Positions 1-10,361 are shown, counted from the first letter of the stretch. The stretch: DNA of 64,000 nt from an uncultured Chloroflexia bacterium (GCA_963748625.1 CAVVJT010000010.1:96001-160000), one strand, 5' to 3'. Made by a program: numbers and translations. Notes: generated from the sequence alone by a model not told the origin.

Positions 1-264
1 CTTGAGGCCCTTCATGGCCAGGTCGTTGAAGCCCTTGTCGCCAAGGCCGCCCGTGTCGAACGCCACGCACGCCTTGTAGTCGGCCATGGGCTCTTCGGTC
101 GCAACCGGAGCCTCGGTGACCGCGGGAGCCTCCGTGGCCATGGGGGCCTCGGTGGCAGCCGGCGCCTCAGTGGCCGGAGCCGGAGTGGCGGCGGACCCAC
201 CGCACGCCGCGAGGACAATGGCCGACGCCGCACCGAGGGCGAACAGCCGCTTGGAAACCTGCAA
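1..264 (-). CDS. BMP family ABC transporter substrate-binding lipoprotein, N-terminal part (runs off the window)
   Basis: Manual translation from TTG at 264 (AGGAGG upstream): lipobox ...IVLAAC, Pro/Ala/Thr linker, then DYKACVAFDTGGLGDKGFNDLAMKGLK; paralogous to 6099-7247. Confidence 0.85.
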   Translation of the reverse strand, partial: MQVSKRLFALGAASAIVLAACGGSAATPAPATEAPAATEAPMATEAPAVTEAPVATEEPMADYKACVAFDTGGLGDKGFNDLAMKGLK

Positions 265-453
265 GGTGTAACTCCTCCTATGATCCCGGACACCCTTCGG
301 CGTGGGACCGGGCCAGCCCGTACTGTAGCGCGACAAGGGCGGATGTCGCTTGCATGGTTGGACAAGGCCGGGGTGCGCTCCGGATGGGGTACCAGGAGGC
401 ATCGAGTGGCGCGAGATCGGGCCGAAGGGGATTGGATCGCGGCGCTGATCCAG

Positions 454-900
454 GTGCAGGAGGGCCGGTTCCCGCTGCCACTCCTCGACGACGACGGGAT
501 CCGCGGGCTCCTGGAGGGCCACCCCCGGATCGCCATCGTGGGGGCGTCCGCGAACCCGGGCCGTCCGTCCCACGGGGTGTTGCGCTCGCTGCGCCGCTAT
601 GGCTATGACGTGGTCCCGGTGTCGCCCACCACCAACGAGGTGGACGGCCTGCGCTGCTACCCGACGCTGGCCGATGCCGTCGGGGAGACGGGGCCCGTGG
701 GCATCGTGGACGTGTTCCGCCGGCCGGACCGGTGCGTCGAGCACGCGCGCGAGGCGGTGGCAGCCGGAGCCAGCTGCCTGTGGCTGCAGCAGGGCATCGC
801 GAATGCGGAGGCAGCCCGGATCGCCCACGAGGCCGGGCTCTCGGTGGTGATGGACCGGTGCACGGCCGTTGAGCATCACCGCCTGGTGACCAGGGGGTGA
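454..900 (+). CDS. CoA-binding protein (YccU/CoA_binding_2-like)
   Basis: RIAIVGASANPGRPSHGV, VDVFR, LWLQQGI, VVMDRC motifs; start uncertain. Confidence 0.85.
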   Translation: MQEGRFPLPLLDDDGIRGLLEGHPRIAIVGASANPGRPSHGVLRSLRRYGYDVVPVSPTTNEVDGLRCYPTLADAVGETGPVGIVDVFRRPDRCVEHAREAVAAGASCLWLQQGIANAEAARIAHEAGLSVVMDRCTAVEHHRLVTRG

Positions 901-1877
901 CCGGCGAGGGATCCCCGTTTGCCACAGACCCCGCGCGCGCAGCGCGCCGGCAGGCGCTCGTGGCAGCCGTGGGGCCGGCCTTTCGCGCCCATCTCTCCAC
1001 CGCGCTGGAGACGACCGGCCGCGACCCCGTCCACCCGGCCGCGATCGTGCCGGCGACAGCCGTGAGGCTCCTCGGCGAGACGTTGGGGCTCGATGGTCCG
1101 GACGAGGTCATGCTGCTGACCTTGGAGCTGGCACGCGACCTCGCGCGCCCGCCCATATCCGGGTACCGCGTCGGGGCCGTGGGGCTGGCGGCGGGCAGCG
1201 GTGACCTGGTACTGGGCGGCAACCTGGAGTTGATGGGCGCGTCCGCCTGGAGCACGGTCCACGCCGAGGGATCCGTGACGCTCCTCGCACGGGCTCGCGG
1301 CGAGCAGGTTGCGGCACTGGCGATCACCGAAGCCCGTCCGTGTGCCCACTGCCGCCAGGTCCTGGCGGAGATGGACGGTGCCTATGGCGCAGGCCCCGGA
1401 GGCGGCCTGCGGCTCCTCGACCCGCTCGGTCACGTGCTCCGGCTGGCCGACCTGTACCCGTGGCCGTTCGTGCCCGCAGACCTGGGCCGGGCGGGGGCGC
1501 GCCCGGCGGAGGCCGCCTGGCCCGACCTTGCGCTCCACGACGGCGAGGCTCCACCGCAGGTCGGGGCCGCGTTGCTGCTCGCGGGCCGACGATCCCACGC
1601 GCCCTACAGCGGAGCGCCGGCAGCCGTCGTGCTCGCCCTGCGGGACGGGACCCTCGTGACGGGGAGCGTGCTCGAGAGCGTCGCGTTCAACCCCACCATC
1701 GGGCCTCTGCAGGACGCTCTCGTGGGACTCATGGCAGCCGGCCGCGAACCAGACGCGATCGAAACGGCATGGCTCGCGGTCGCGCGCGAAGCGCACGTGG
1801 GCCACGAGGCGGCGACCCGCGAGGCGCTCGCTGCCGCGGCACCCGGAATCCCGCTGCGGCTCACAACCTGGGCCTGA
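897..1877 (+). CDS. cdd: Cytidine deaminase, long homodimeric type
   Basis: Zn motif HAEG...PCAHCRQ plus second pseudo-domain SHAPYSG...ESVAFNPTIGPLQ. Confidence 0.9.
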   Translation: MTGEGSPFATDPARAARRQALVAAVGPAFRAHLSTALETTGRDPVHPAAIVPATAVRLLGETLGLDGPDEVMLLTLELARDLARPPISGYRVGAVGLAAGSGDLVLGGNLELMGASAWSTVHAEGSVTLLARARGEQVAALAITEARPCAHCRQVLAEMDGAYGAGPGGGLRLLDPLGHVLRLADLYPWPFVPADLGRAGARPAEAAWPDLALHDGEAPPQVGAALLLAGRRSHAPYSGAPAAVVLALRDGTLVTGSVLESVAFNPTIGPLQDALVGLMAAGREPDAIETAWLAVAREAHVGHEAATREALAAAAPGIPLRLTTWA

Positions 1878-1907
1878 CCCCTTCGAGAGGCCTCGGCAGG
1901 ACCGGCG

Positions 1908-3176
1908 CTACTCCTTTGTGTACGGCGTCCCGTCGGCGGCTGGCATGCGCACCCTGCCCACGAGCCCCGCAACCACGACGATGGTCGTGATGTACGGGAT
2001 CATGCTCAGAAACTCCGACGGCACGGCTGAGCCCAGGATCGAGAGGCGGCTCTGCAGTGCGTCGGCAAAGCCGAACACGAGGCTGGCGAGGAACGCCCCG
2101 ATGGGCGTCCAGCCGCCGAAGATCATCGCCGCCAGGCCGATGAAGCCGCGACCGGCGGTCATGTCCCGCTCGAACGAGCCGGTCGAGCCCAGCGTGAAGT
2201 AGGCACCGCCGAGGCCGGCAATCATCCCGCCGAGGATCACGTTGCGGTAGCGCGTGAGCTGGACGTTGATCCCGACCGTGTCCGCCGCCCGGGGGTGCTC
2301 GCCCACGGAGCGCACACGGAGGCCGTATCGCGTGTAGAACAGCGCGAAGTGGATGAGGCCGACCAGCACGAACACCGCGTACACGAAGAAGTTGCCCGCG
2401 AAGAAGATCGGGCCGATGACCGGGATGTCCGACAGGATCGGGAGGACGAGCGGGTCGAACCGCGGCGGCGTGTTCAGCTCCTTGCTCGCCGACAGCACGC
2501 GCGTGGACAGGAAGGCCGTGATCCCCGCAGCGAAGATGTTGATGACGGTGCCCGCGATGATCTGGTTCACGCGGTACCGGATGGAGAGGACCGCGAGCAC
2601 CGCCGCGAGCAGGCCTCCGGTGATAACGGCGCCGATCAGCCCGCTCCAGGTGCTTCCCGTGACGCTGGCCACGACGGCCGCGACGAAGGCCCCGGACAGG
2701 AGCATGCCCTCGATCGCAATGTTCACCACGCCCGATCGCTCGCACATGACGCCGGACAGGGCAGCAAACGTGATCGGCACGGCCCGGTACAGCGTGGTCT
2801 GGAACACGCCGACGAGGCTCATCGACTTGCCCGCGGCCGTCCAGGTGAGGAACCCGAACACGAACGCGATCATGACGACCGACAGCAGGATCGCCCAGCG
2901 CGCTCCAGCGACCTTCGTCAGCTGCAGCGCGCCGCAGAACATCGCCACGCCGGCCATGAGGTAGATCACGGGCGCGGACGGGATGACGAGGTCGGGCAGC
3001 CTGATCGCCGGCGCCGCGCCGAGGTTGAGGGTGAACTTCGTCTGGGTCCCGCCGTCGATCCCCGTGCCGAACGCGAGGATCAGCACCGCGGCGAGACCGA
3101 AGTAGAAGATCGCCAGGGCGAGCGAACGCCGCGAGAGGCTCCCGGTCCCGGACTTGATGGCGACGCCGCTGCTCAT
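1908..3176 (-). CDS. Nucleoside ABC transporter permease (NupC/YufQ-like)
   Basis: ERSGVVNIAIEGMLL, GEHPRAADTVGINV, GRGFIGLAAMIFG; ATGA overlap with upstream permease. Confidence 0.9.
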   Translation of the reverse strand: MSSGVAIKSGTGSLSRRSLALAIFYFGLAAVLILAFGTGIDGGTQTKFTLNLGAAPAIRLPDLVIPSAPVIYLMAGVAMFCGALQLTKVAGARWAILLSVVMIAFVFGFLTWTAAGKSMSLVGVFQTTLYRAVPITFAALSGVMCERSGVVNIAIEGMLLSGAFVAAVVASVTGSTWSGLIGAVITGGLLAAVLAVLSIRYRVNQIIAGTVINIFAAGITAFLSTRVLSASKELNTPPRFDPLVLPILSDIPVIGPIFFAGNFFVYAVFVLVGLIHFALFYTRYGLRVRSVGEHPRAADTVGINVQLTRYRNVILGGMIAGLGGAYFTLGSTGSFERDMTAGRGFIGLAAMIFGGWTPIGAFLASLVFGFADALQSRLSILGSAVPSEFLSMIPYITTIVVVAGLVGRVRMPAADGTPYTKE

Positions 3177-4432
3177 GAGCGCCATCCCTGGGCCAGGTTC
3201 TCGGTGCCCGTCGCGCGCTTGGACTTGATCCGGTAGATCTCGCGGATCAGGGCGGGCGCCGCGACGAACATGATCACCAGCGCCTGGATGACGACCACCA
3301 GGTCGATCGGGATGCCGGTCGCTGCCTGCATCGGCGTGGCGCCCGCACGCAGGCCGCCGAACAGCAGCGCCGCCAGGACGACGCCGAGCGGCGAGGAGCC
3401 GCCGAGCAGCGCGATGGCGATGCCGTCGAAACCGTAGCCGGGGGAGAAGCCCGGCGTCATCGCCTTGTTGACACCCAGGATCTCCGTGGCGCCGGCAAGC
3501 CCGGCCAGTCCGCCGCAGATCGACATCGTCAGGATCAGCGTCCGCGAGATGCTCATGCCGGCATACCGCGCACCGGACGGGTTGAGCCCGACGGCGCGGA
3601 ACTCGTAGCCCAGCGTGGACCGGTACAGGAGCCACGAGACCAGCGCGGCGGCGAGCAGGGCGAGGACGAACGCCCAGTTCATGCGCAGCCCGTCAATGAG
3701 CTGCGGGATCATCGCCGCAGGGTCGACGATCGGCGACACCGGGTCGCTCCGCCCCGGCCGCTGGTAGAACGGCTGACGCAGCGTCCAGGTCACCAGCAGG
3801 TAGGCGACGTAGTTGAGCATGATCGTGACGATCACCTCGTGAGCGCCCGTCCTGGCCTTGAGGACGCCCGGGATGAAACCCCACAGGGCGCCCCCGAGGA
3901 AGCCGGCCGCGATCACCAGGGGGAGGTGCACGAACCAGGGCAGCCCGTGGATCGAGAAGCCCACGAAGGCTGCGATGAGGGCACCGATGTACAGCTGGCC
4001 CTCGGCCCCGATGTTGAACAGGCCGCTGCGGAACCCGAGCGCGACCGCGAGGCCGGTGAAGATCAGTGGCGTCGCGGCGAGGATGGTCTCGCTGATCGGC
4101 CGGAAGGCAAGCTTGACCTGGTCGATGTCTCCCGACGCCAGCGCCTCCAGGTAGGTGCTCGGGTTGCCGAGCGCACCGGTGATCAGTGCCCCGTAGCCCT
4201 CCAGCACCGCGCGCACGGACTCGGCGGCGGCCTTGAGCGGCTCGGTCGTCCAGAGCCGCAGGAGGACCGGGTCCGACAGCACGATGATGAACGCGCCGAT
4301 CAGCATGGCCGTGAACACCGCCAGCAACGGGACGACGACCTGGCCGAGCAGGCGCCGGAGCCTGGAGGACCCCGTAGGGTTCTCCTGCTCGGCGGGGGTC
4401 GTATCCGGGGCGGGCACGCTCGGATTGCTCAC
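3173..4432 (-). CDS. Nucleoside ABC transporter permease (NupB/YufP-like)
   Basis: GLFNIGAEGQ, HEVIVTIMLNY, GYGFDGIAIALLG. Confidence 0.9.
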   Translation of the reverse strand: MSNPSVPAPDTTPAEQENPTGSSRLRRLLGQVVVPLLAVFTAMLIGAFIIVLSDPVLLRLWTTEPLKAAAESVRAVLEGYGALITGALGNPSTYLEALASGDIDQVKLAFRPISETILAATPLIFTGLAVALGFRSGLFNIGAEGQLYIGALIAAFVGFSIHGLPWFVHLPLVIAAGFLGGALWGFIPGVLKARTGAHEVIVTIMLNYVAYLLVTWTLRQPFYQRPGRSDPVSPIVDPAAMIPQLIDGLRMNWAFVLALLAAALVSWLLYRSTLGYEFRAVGLNPSGARYAGMSISRTLILTMSICGGLAGLAGATEILGVNKAMTPGFSPGYGFDGIAIALLGGSSPLGVVLAALLFGGLRAGATPMQAATGIPIDLVVVIQALVIMFVAAPALIREIYRIKSKRATGTENLAQGWRS

Positions 4433-6021
4433 GGCTGGGGTCCCCGTGCGGAGATGCCGGTGTCGGCAGGCATGTGCTGGCGAGGTCCGGATGCGGGCGC
4501 CGTGGCGTCATCCGCCTGGACCGCCCCGCCACCCATGTACAAGCCGAGCAGCTCGGGCGTGGCCTCGGCGGGGTCGAGGATGGCCACGATCCGACCCTGG
4601 TACATGACCGCGATGCGGTCGGCCAGGGCCATCACCTCGTCCAGCTCGGTGGAGACGATCAGGACGGCGGTGCCCGCGTCGCGCTTCTCCACGACCCGAC
4701 GGTGGATGTACTCGATGGACCCGACGTCGAGCCCGCGGGTGGGCTGCGCTGCGACGAGGAGCTTGATCGGCCGGCTGAACTCGCGCGCGACGATGACCTT
4801 CTGCTGGTTGCCGCCCGAGAGGTTCGCGACCTCGTTGAACACGCTCGGTGTGCGCACGTCGTACTGCGCGGCGAGGTCCGTCGCCGTCGCCAGGATGGCG
4901 TCGCGCTTGAGGCGCAGGCCGTCTGCGAACGGCTTGAGGTAGTACGTGTTGAGGACCATGTTCTCCGCGATGGAGAACCCGGGGATCAAGCCCTCCTCGA
5001 GCCGATCCTCGGGAACGTGCGCCACGCCGGCCTCGAACACCCTCCGTGGCTCGGGCTTGACGTCGTGGCCCGCGATCCGGATCGACCCGCCCATCGTCCT
5101 CCTCAGCCCCGTGATGGCCTCCACCAGTTCCGTCTGCCCGTTGCCCTGCACGCCGGCGATCGCGACGATCTCACCGGCCCGCACGACGAGGTCCAGGTCC
5201 CGGACGGCCGGATGGCCGCGGTCGTCGGACAGCGACAGGCCGGCGATCTCGAGTACGGGCTCCCCGGGCGTGGCTGGGGTCTTGTCAACCTGGAGATCCA
5301 CGGGGCGGCCGACCATCATCTGGGCCAGTGACTGCTGCGTCGCCTCGGCCGGTGTCACCGACCCCACGACCCTGCCCCGGCGCAGGACCGTGATGCGATC
5401 CGCGATCTCCAGGACCTCGTTGAGCTTGTGGGTGATGAAGATGATCGAGGTCCCGGTCGCCTGGAGCGAGCGCATGATCTCGAAGAGCTCCTCGGTCTCC
5501 TGGGGGGTGAGAACGGCCGAGGGCTCGTCGAGGATCAGCAGGTTCGACTGGCGGTAGAGCGTCTTGATGATCTCGACGCGCTGCCGGACGCCGACGGGAA
5601 GGTCCTCGACCAGCGCGTCCGGGTCCACGTCCAGGTTGTGACGCGCGGAGATCTCGAGGATCCGGGCCTTCGCCGCCCGCTTGTCGATGATCCGCAGCGG
5701 GCCACGCGTCGACTCCACCCCCAGCATCACGTTCTCCGTCACGGTGAAGACGGGCACGAGCATGAAGTGCTGGTGGACCATGCCGATCCCGGCGCGGATC
5801 GCGTCGCCCGGGTCATGGAAGACGACCGGCGCGCCATCGAGCAGGATCTCACCCTCGTCCTGCTTGTACAGGCCGTACAGGACGTTCATCAGGGTGGTCT
5901 TGCCGGCGCCGTTCTCCCCTAGGAGCGCGTGGATCTGCCCCGGCTCGACCACCAGGTCGACCGCCTCGTTGGCGATGACGCCTGGGAACCGCTTGGTGAT
6001 GCCGCGGAGCTCGAGCTTCAC
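4429..6021 (-). CDS. Nucleoside ABC transporter ATP-binding protein (two NBDs, NupA/YufO-like)
   Basis: GENGAGKT, GMVHQHF, LSGGNQQK, QPTRGLDVG. Confidence 0.92.
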   Translation of the reverse strand: MKLELRGITKRFPGVIANEAVDLVVEPGQIHALLGENGAGKTTLMNVLYGLYKQDEGEILLDGAPVVFHDPGDAIRAGIGMVHQHFMLVPVFTVTENVMLGVESTRGPLRIIDKRAAKARILEISARHNLDVDPDALVEDLPVGVRQRVEIIKTLYRQSNLLILDEPSAVLTPQETEELFEIMRSLQATGTSIIFITHKLNEVLEIADRITVLRRGRVVGSVTPAEATQQSLAQMMVGRPVDLQVDKTPATPGEPVLEIAGLSLSDDRGHPAVRDLDLVVRAGEIVAIAGVQGNGQTELVEAITGLRRTMGGSIRIAGHDVKPEPRRVFEAGVAHVPEDRLEEGLIPGFSIAENMVLNTYYLKPFADGLRLKRDAILATATDLAAQYDVRTPSVFNEVANLSGGNQQKVIVAREFSRPIKLLVAAQPTRGLDVGSIEYIHRRVVEKRDAGTAVLIVSTELDEVMALADRIAVMYQGRIVAILDPAEATPELLGLYMGGGAVQADDATAPASGPRQHMPADTGISARGPQP

Positions 6022-6045
6022 GTGGGCCTCGGTCGAGGATGGTAT

Positions 6046-6081
6046 GGCCGGGCGACGTCCGCCGAAGAACGCCGCCCGGCC
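6046..6081 (-). terminator. Stem-loop after the BMP gene (stabiliser or weak terminator)
   Basis: GGCCGGGCG...CGCCCGGCC inverted repeat between substrate-binding and ATPase genes. Confidence 0.5.
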
Positions 6082-6098
6082 GGTGTGTTCGGGACAGG

Positions 6099-7247
6099 CT
6101 ACGGAGCGAAGTAGTCGGCGGGCTTCACTTCTCCGGAGATGATCTTGGCCTTGAGGGCGGCGGCGCCGTCCTTGAGCTCCTGGGGGACCTGGGAGTCGAA
6201 CTGGTTGAACGGGCCCATGTCAACGCCGCCGTTGGCGAGCGTGCTGACGAACACGGGCTGGGGCGCTTCACTGTTGACCGCCCGCTCGATGGCGGCCGAC
6301 ACGGACACGTCGATCTTCTTGAGCACGCTGGTGAGGATGACGTCGCAGTACTGCGGAGCCGAGACACACCAGTCGACGTCGACGCCGATGCCGTAGTCCT
6401 GGGCTGCCGACTCCTGGAGCGCCGTGTAGGCGCCGCCGCCGATCGGCCCGCCGACGGGCAGGATGACGTCCGCGCCCTCCTGGAGCATCGGGACCGTCAG
6501 GGCCTTCGCATTGTCGAGGGACTCGAAGTCACCGGTGAAGGAGCCTTCCTTCGTCACCGGGTTCCAGCCCAGCACGGAGACGTTCTTGCCCGCTTCCTTG
6601 TTGTAGTAGTTGGCGCCGGCCACGAACCCGTCCATGAAGTCGGTCACGCCGCCGCCGATGTTGATGCCGCCGAACGTGCCCATGACGCCGGACTTCGACA
6701 TCCCGGCTGACACGTACCCGACGAGCATTGCCGCCTCGTTCGTCGTGTAGACGAGGCCTTCCACGTTCGGGATGGCCGGATCGTAGGCGAAGTCCACGAT
6801 CGCGAAACGGATGTTCGGGTTGGCCTCAGCCGCGGCTTTCGTGGCGTCGCCGAGCAGGAACCCGACGGTCACGATCATGTCGCAGCCTTCGCTGACGAAC
6901 TGGCTGATGTTCTTCTCGTAGTCGCCCTGGGCTCGCGACTCCAGGAACTTGACCTCGATCCCGAGCTTGGACTGGGCGTCCTCCATGCCCTTCCAGGCAT
7001 TCTCGTTGAAGCTGTTGTCATCGATCCCACCGAGATCGCTGACCATGCACGCCTTGAAGTCGACTGCCGCCGCGCTCGGGGCCTCGGTGGGGGCCATCGT
7101 GGCGGGCGGTGCCTCGGTGGGGGCCGTCGTGGCGGGCGGGGCCTCGGTGGGGGCCGTCGTGGGGGACGGCGATGCCGCTCCCCCGCACGCGGCCAGGGCG
7201 ATCGACGCAGCGCCGATGAGGGCGGCGAGCCGGATGGTGGTCCGCAA
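6099..7247 (-). CDS. BMP family nucleoside-binding lipoprotein
   Basis: TTG start after GAGGAGG, lipobox ALAAC, PTEAP linker repeats, DLGGIDDNSFN, IGVDVD. Confidence 0.9.
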   Translation of the reverse strand: MRTTIRLAALIGAASIALAACGGAASPSPTTAPTEAPPATTAPTEAPPATMAPTEAPSAAAVDFKACMVSDLGGIDDNSFNENAWKGMEDAQSKLGIEVKFLESRAQGDYEKNISQFVSEGCDMIVTVGFLLGDATKAAAEANPNIRFAIVDFAYDPAIPNVEGLVYTTNEAAMLVGYVSAGMSKSGVMGTFGGINIGGGVTDFMDGFVAGANYYNKEAGKNVSVLGWNPVTKEGSFTGDFESLDNAKALTVPMLQEGADVILPVGGPIGGGAYTALQESAAQDYGIGVDVDWCVSAPQYCDVILTSVLKKIDVSVSAAIERAVNSEAPQPVFVSTLANGGVDMGPFNQFDSQVPQELKDGAAALKAKIISGEVKPADYFAP

Positions 7248-7567
7248 GTTCTGGTCCTCCTCGTTGCCCCGGCCGGCGCGCCCATTGGTGCTACGAAGAC
7301 CGAGGCGATACGGGCGCAACCGTGGCGCCAACGCTTGGGCCGCACCCGGTCGTGCGGTTTCCATAGTCGCGATCCGGGCGGCCGCACCCGCAGGATGGCG
7401 GCCTCGAGCCTGCACGGTCAGGGTCCGACATCCTGTCTGCTCGGGCGTGTCGGCCCGAAGGAGGCCCGCTAGGGCATCCGGCCCCACCGCGTGGACGCTG
7501 GTCACCACATACTTTGCTGCATGGCGGCGGCCTCCCCTGCCTGCCAGCCCCGTACCCGGAGGACTCG

Positions 7568-8347
7568 ATGCCCCAGATCCACCTCCACGCCGAGCCGGGC
7601 GACTACGCGCCCGTCTGCATCATCCCCGGCGATCCCAATCGCGCCACACGCATCGCGGACCGGTTCGATGGCGGCCCGGGCGCCGCAAAGCTCGTCACCG
7701 CGCACCGCGGCCTGCTCGGGTACACCGGCACTGTCAATGGCGTCCCCGTCTCCGTCCAGACGACGATGATGGGCACGCCCACCACCTCGATCGTTATGGA
7801 GGAGCTCCTCAACCTCGGGGTCACCACGTTCATCCGGGTGGGCACCACCGGCGGCTTCCGGCCGCTGGACATCGGCGACGTGGTCGTCGCCCTCGCGGCT
7901 GCCGGCGCCACCGGCATGAGCACGGTGCTGGGGGCCGGCGAGGCCACTGCGCCAACGGCCGACTTCGACGTGGTCAAGGCGCTCGTCGCTGCCTCGCAGG
8001 CCAACGGGCTCACCACGCACGTCGGCCCCATCGTCACCAGCGACGTCTTCTACGATCCGGCCCCCGGCGGCGCCGGCCGTTGGGCCGCGCGCGGCTACCT
8101 CTCGGTGGAGATGGAGTCGGCCGCCGTGTTCCTGCTCGCGATGCGGGAGCGTGCCAAGGGCCGCAGCGTCCGCGCCGGGACGATCCTGACAGTGTCGGAC
8201 GTGATCGTCACCGAGGGGGGCCTGGTGGGCGAGCTGCGTGACTTCGGCGACAACAAGTGGTTCCGCCCGCCCGAGGACGAGGTCACCCGTCGGGTGGACC
8301 TCACGATCGGCGCGGCGCTTGCCGCGGCGGCGGTCCTAGGGGCGTAG
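7568..8347 (+). CDS. deoD: Purine nucleoside phosphorylase, DeoD type
   Basis: GGAGG RBS; PGDPNRA, HRGLLGYTG, IRVGTTG, TSDVFY, VEMESA, TVSD. Confidence 0.85.
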   Translation: MPQIHLHAEPGDYAPVCIIPGDPNRATRIADRFDGGPGAAKLVTAHRGLLGYTGTVNGVPVSVQTTMMGTPTTSIVMEELLNLGVTTFIRVGTTGGFRPLDIGDVVVALAAAGATGMSTVLGAGEATAPTADFDVVKALVAASQANGLTTHVGPIVTSDVFYDPAPGGAGRWAARGYLSVEMESAAVFLLAMRERAKGRSVRAGTILTVSDVIVTEGGLVGELRDFGDNKWFRPPEDEVTRRVDLTIGAALAAAAVLGA

Positions 8348-8375
8348 CCCGCCGCTCCGTCCCCCATTCCCGGGC

Positions 8376-8459
8376 CGGTCAGCCGCCGGAGGGCACCGGC
8401 CCGGAGGGCAACAGCGGCGGTCAGCCGCCGGAGGGCGCCGGCCCGGAGAGCAGCAGCAG
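8376..8459. repeat. 42-bp imperfect tandem duplication of the 3' end of the 8421-8870 gene
   Basis: CGGTCAGCCGCCGGAGGGC(A/G)CCGGCCCGGAG at 8376 and 8418. Confidence 0.85.
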
Positions 8460-8870
8460 CCAGACGAGCGTCGGCAGGGCGACCACGAGCACCCGCGCCA
8501 CGACCTGCTGGCGAGGCGTTCCCATCCAGGCACGCTTCTCGGACTCGGCCGCGAGCGCGACGATGAGGAACGCGATCAGCCCGCCGATCGCGATCCCGAA
8601 CACCATCATGCCGAGGAACCCGATGGTGATCAGCGCGCCCACCGCGATGAGCGCAGCGCCGGTGGGTGGCGTGCCGTTGCGGCGCAGCAGCATCAGGCGG
8701 CCGACGACGAACCCCGTGAACAGGGCGAATGGCCAGGCGAGCGCGGTGAACGGCGTGACCGCCCCGCAGCCGAGGGCGACGAGGAGCTGCGGCAGCCAGC
8801 GGAACCGTGGCCGACCGTCGGGCTCCGGCTCTACCGCCGGCACGAGATCGCGCTCCGCTGCCCGCGTCAT
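8421..8870 (-). CDS. Small membrane protein of unknown function
   Basis: 149 aa, several hydrophobic helices, follows the PLP enzyme gene. Confidence 0.7.
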   Translation of the reverse strand: MTRAAERDLVPAVEPEPDGRPRFRWLPQLLVALGCGAVTPFTALAWPFALFTGFVVGRLMLLRRNGTPPTGAALIAVGALITIGFLGMMVFGIAIGGLIAFLIVALAAESEKRAWMGTPRQQVVARVLVVALPTLVWLLLLSGPAPSGG

Positions 8871-8882
8871 CAGGCCGGCCCC

Positions 8883-10046
8883 CTAGCCGACGACGTGCGC
8901 GAGGCCCAGCGCGAAGTCCTCGACGAGGTCCTCGGTGTCCTCGCAGCCAACGCTCACGCGGATGATCCCGCCGTCCTTGGGACGGGGGTAGACGAGGGTG
9001 AACACGTCGCCAAGGCTCACCCCGATGTCGCACAGGCGCAGGTGGTCGGTGAAGGCAGCCATGCCCACCACGCCGCCCTTCGGCTTGAAGGTCAGCATTG
9101 CGCCGTAGCGGCTGCCGAGGAGGCCGGTCGCCAGCTCGTGATCCGGATGGGACGCCAGGCCTGGGTAGCGGACCCACTCGACCTTGTCGCTCGCCTCGAG
9201 GAAGCGGGCCAGGGCGAGTGCATTCTCGGAACCCTTCGCGGAACGGAGGGGCAGCGTCCGGACGCCGCGCAGGACCAGGAAGCTGTTGAAGGGACTTGCG
9301 GCCTGGCCGAAGGTGTCGGTCTGCTTGCGGATGGGGTCGATCAGAGCCTTGGGGCCGGAGACGACGCCGCTGACCGCGTCGCCGTGGCCGGAGAGGTACT
9401 TGGTGGCGGCGTGGAGGACGAGGTCGGCGCCGTGCTCCAGCGGGCGCAGCAGGGCCGGTCCCAGGAACGTGTTGTCGGCCACCAGCAGGGCACCGTGCCG
9501 GTGCGCGATCTCCGCGATCACGGCGAGGTCGGGCATGCGCAGGCGCGGGTTCGTGGAGGTCTCGAGGAACAGGACCTTCGTGTTCGGACGGATCGCGGCC
9601 TCGACGGCGGCCGGGTCGCACATGTCGACCGTGGTCACCTCGATGTTGCGGCGCGGCAGATCCTCCTCCCAGAGGACCTTGGTGATCGCGAACACCTCGT
9701 CGCCGATGAGCAGGTGATCGCCTGCCCCGAGGTGCGCGAACAGCGTGGCGCTGACGGAGGCCATCCCCGACGCGGCGACGACGCAGTCCTCCGCCCCCTC
9801 GAGCGCCGCGATCTTCTCCTCGAGGGCCCGGTTGGTCGGGTTCGAGGTCCGCGAGTAGAAGTACTGGCCCGGCTCCCAGGCGAGCGCCCGGTCCACGGCC
9901 TCCTCCTTCTCGGCGGCCGAGTCGAAGGCGAAGGTGGCGGTGGCGTAGATCGGCGTGTTGTGCGCGTGGGTGGTGGGGTCGGGACGCTCGCCCGCGTGGA
10001 TCGCGCGCGTTGCGAAACCCTGTCCGTCCGTCCGTTCGCGCGTCAT
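8883..10046 (-). CDS. Cys/Met metabolism PLP-dependent enzyme (cystathionine gamma-synthase / methionine gamma-lyase family)
   Basis: FATRAIHAG, YSRTSNPT, ASGMA, DNTF, HAATKYLSGHGD, SLG, IRVSVGCED. Confidence 0.9.
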   Translation of the reverse strand: MTRERTDGQGFATRAIHAGERPDPTTHAHNTPIYATATFAFDSAAEKEEAVDRALAWEPGQYFYSRTSNPTNRALEEKIAALEGAEDCVVAASGMASVSATLFAHLGAGDHLLIGDEVFAITKVLWEEDLPRRNIEVTTVDMCDPAAVEAAIRPNTKVLFLETSTNPRLRMPDLAVIAEIAHRHGALLVADNTFLGPALLRPLEHGADLVLHAATKYLSGHGDAVSGVVSGPKALIDPIRKQTDTFGQAASPFNSFLVLRGVRTLPLRSAKGSENALALARFLEASDKVEWVRYPGLASHPDHELATGLLGSRYGAMLTFKPKGGVVGMAAFTDHLRLCDIGVSLGDVFTLVYPRPKDGGIIRVSVGCEDTEDLVEDFALGLAHVVG

Positions 10047-10361
10047 GCCGGGCCGTGCCTCCGTATCGCTTGTGGGTGTCGCCTGAGGGCCTGAGTCTAG
10101 GGCGCATCGGGGTCGCGCGGTGTCACGCAGGGTGCGCCCCGCGCTGGTCACGCCGGTCGCGTCCGCGTCGAGCCGGTCGACGCGTGCTGCACCGTGCTCT
10201 GCGGCTACCCGCAGTCGCTGGAATCCCTCGTTGCAAGCACTTGACCGCCCGCGACCGTCATCTTGCGCGGCGCTTGACGACGCCGAGTCACCACTCCAGC
10301 TCGGACGGGACCGGCGCGGCACTCACGGGGCTCAAACCAGCGACGGCCTGTCGCCAATGCA

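Noticed and set aside
7070-7165. 30-bp DNA tandem repeats
   Set aside because: They encode the PTEAP linker of the BMP lipoprotein
10047-10110. SAM riboswitch before the Cys/Met PLP enzyme
   Set aside because: The leader after the TAGACT -10 is too short and shows no SAM-I/II/IV signature
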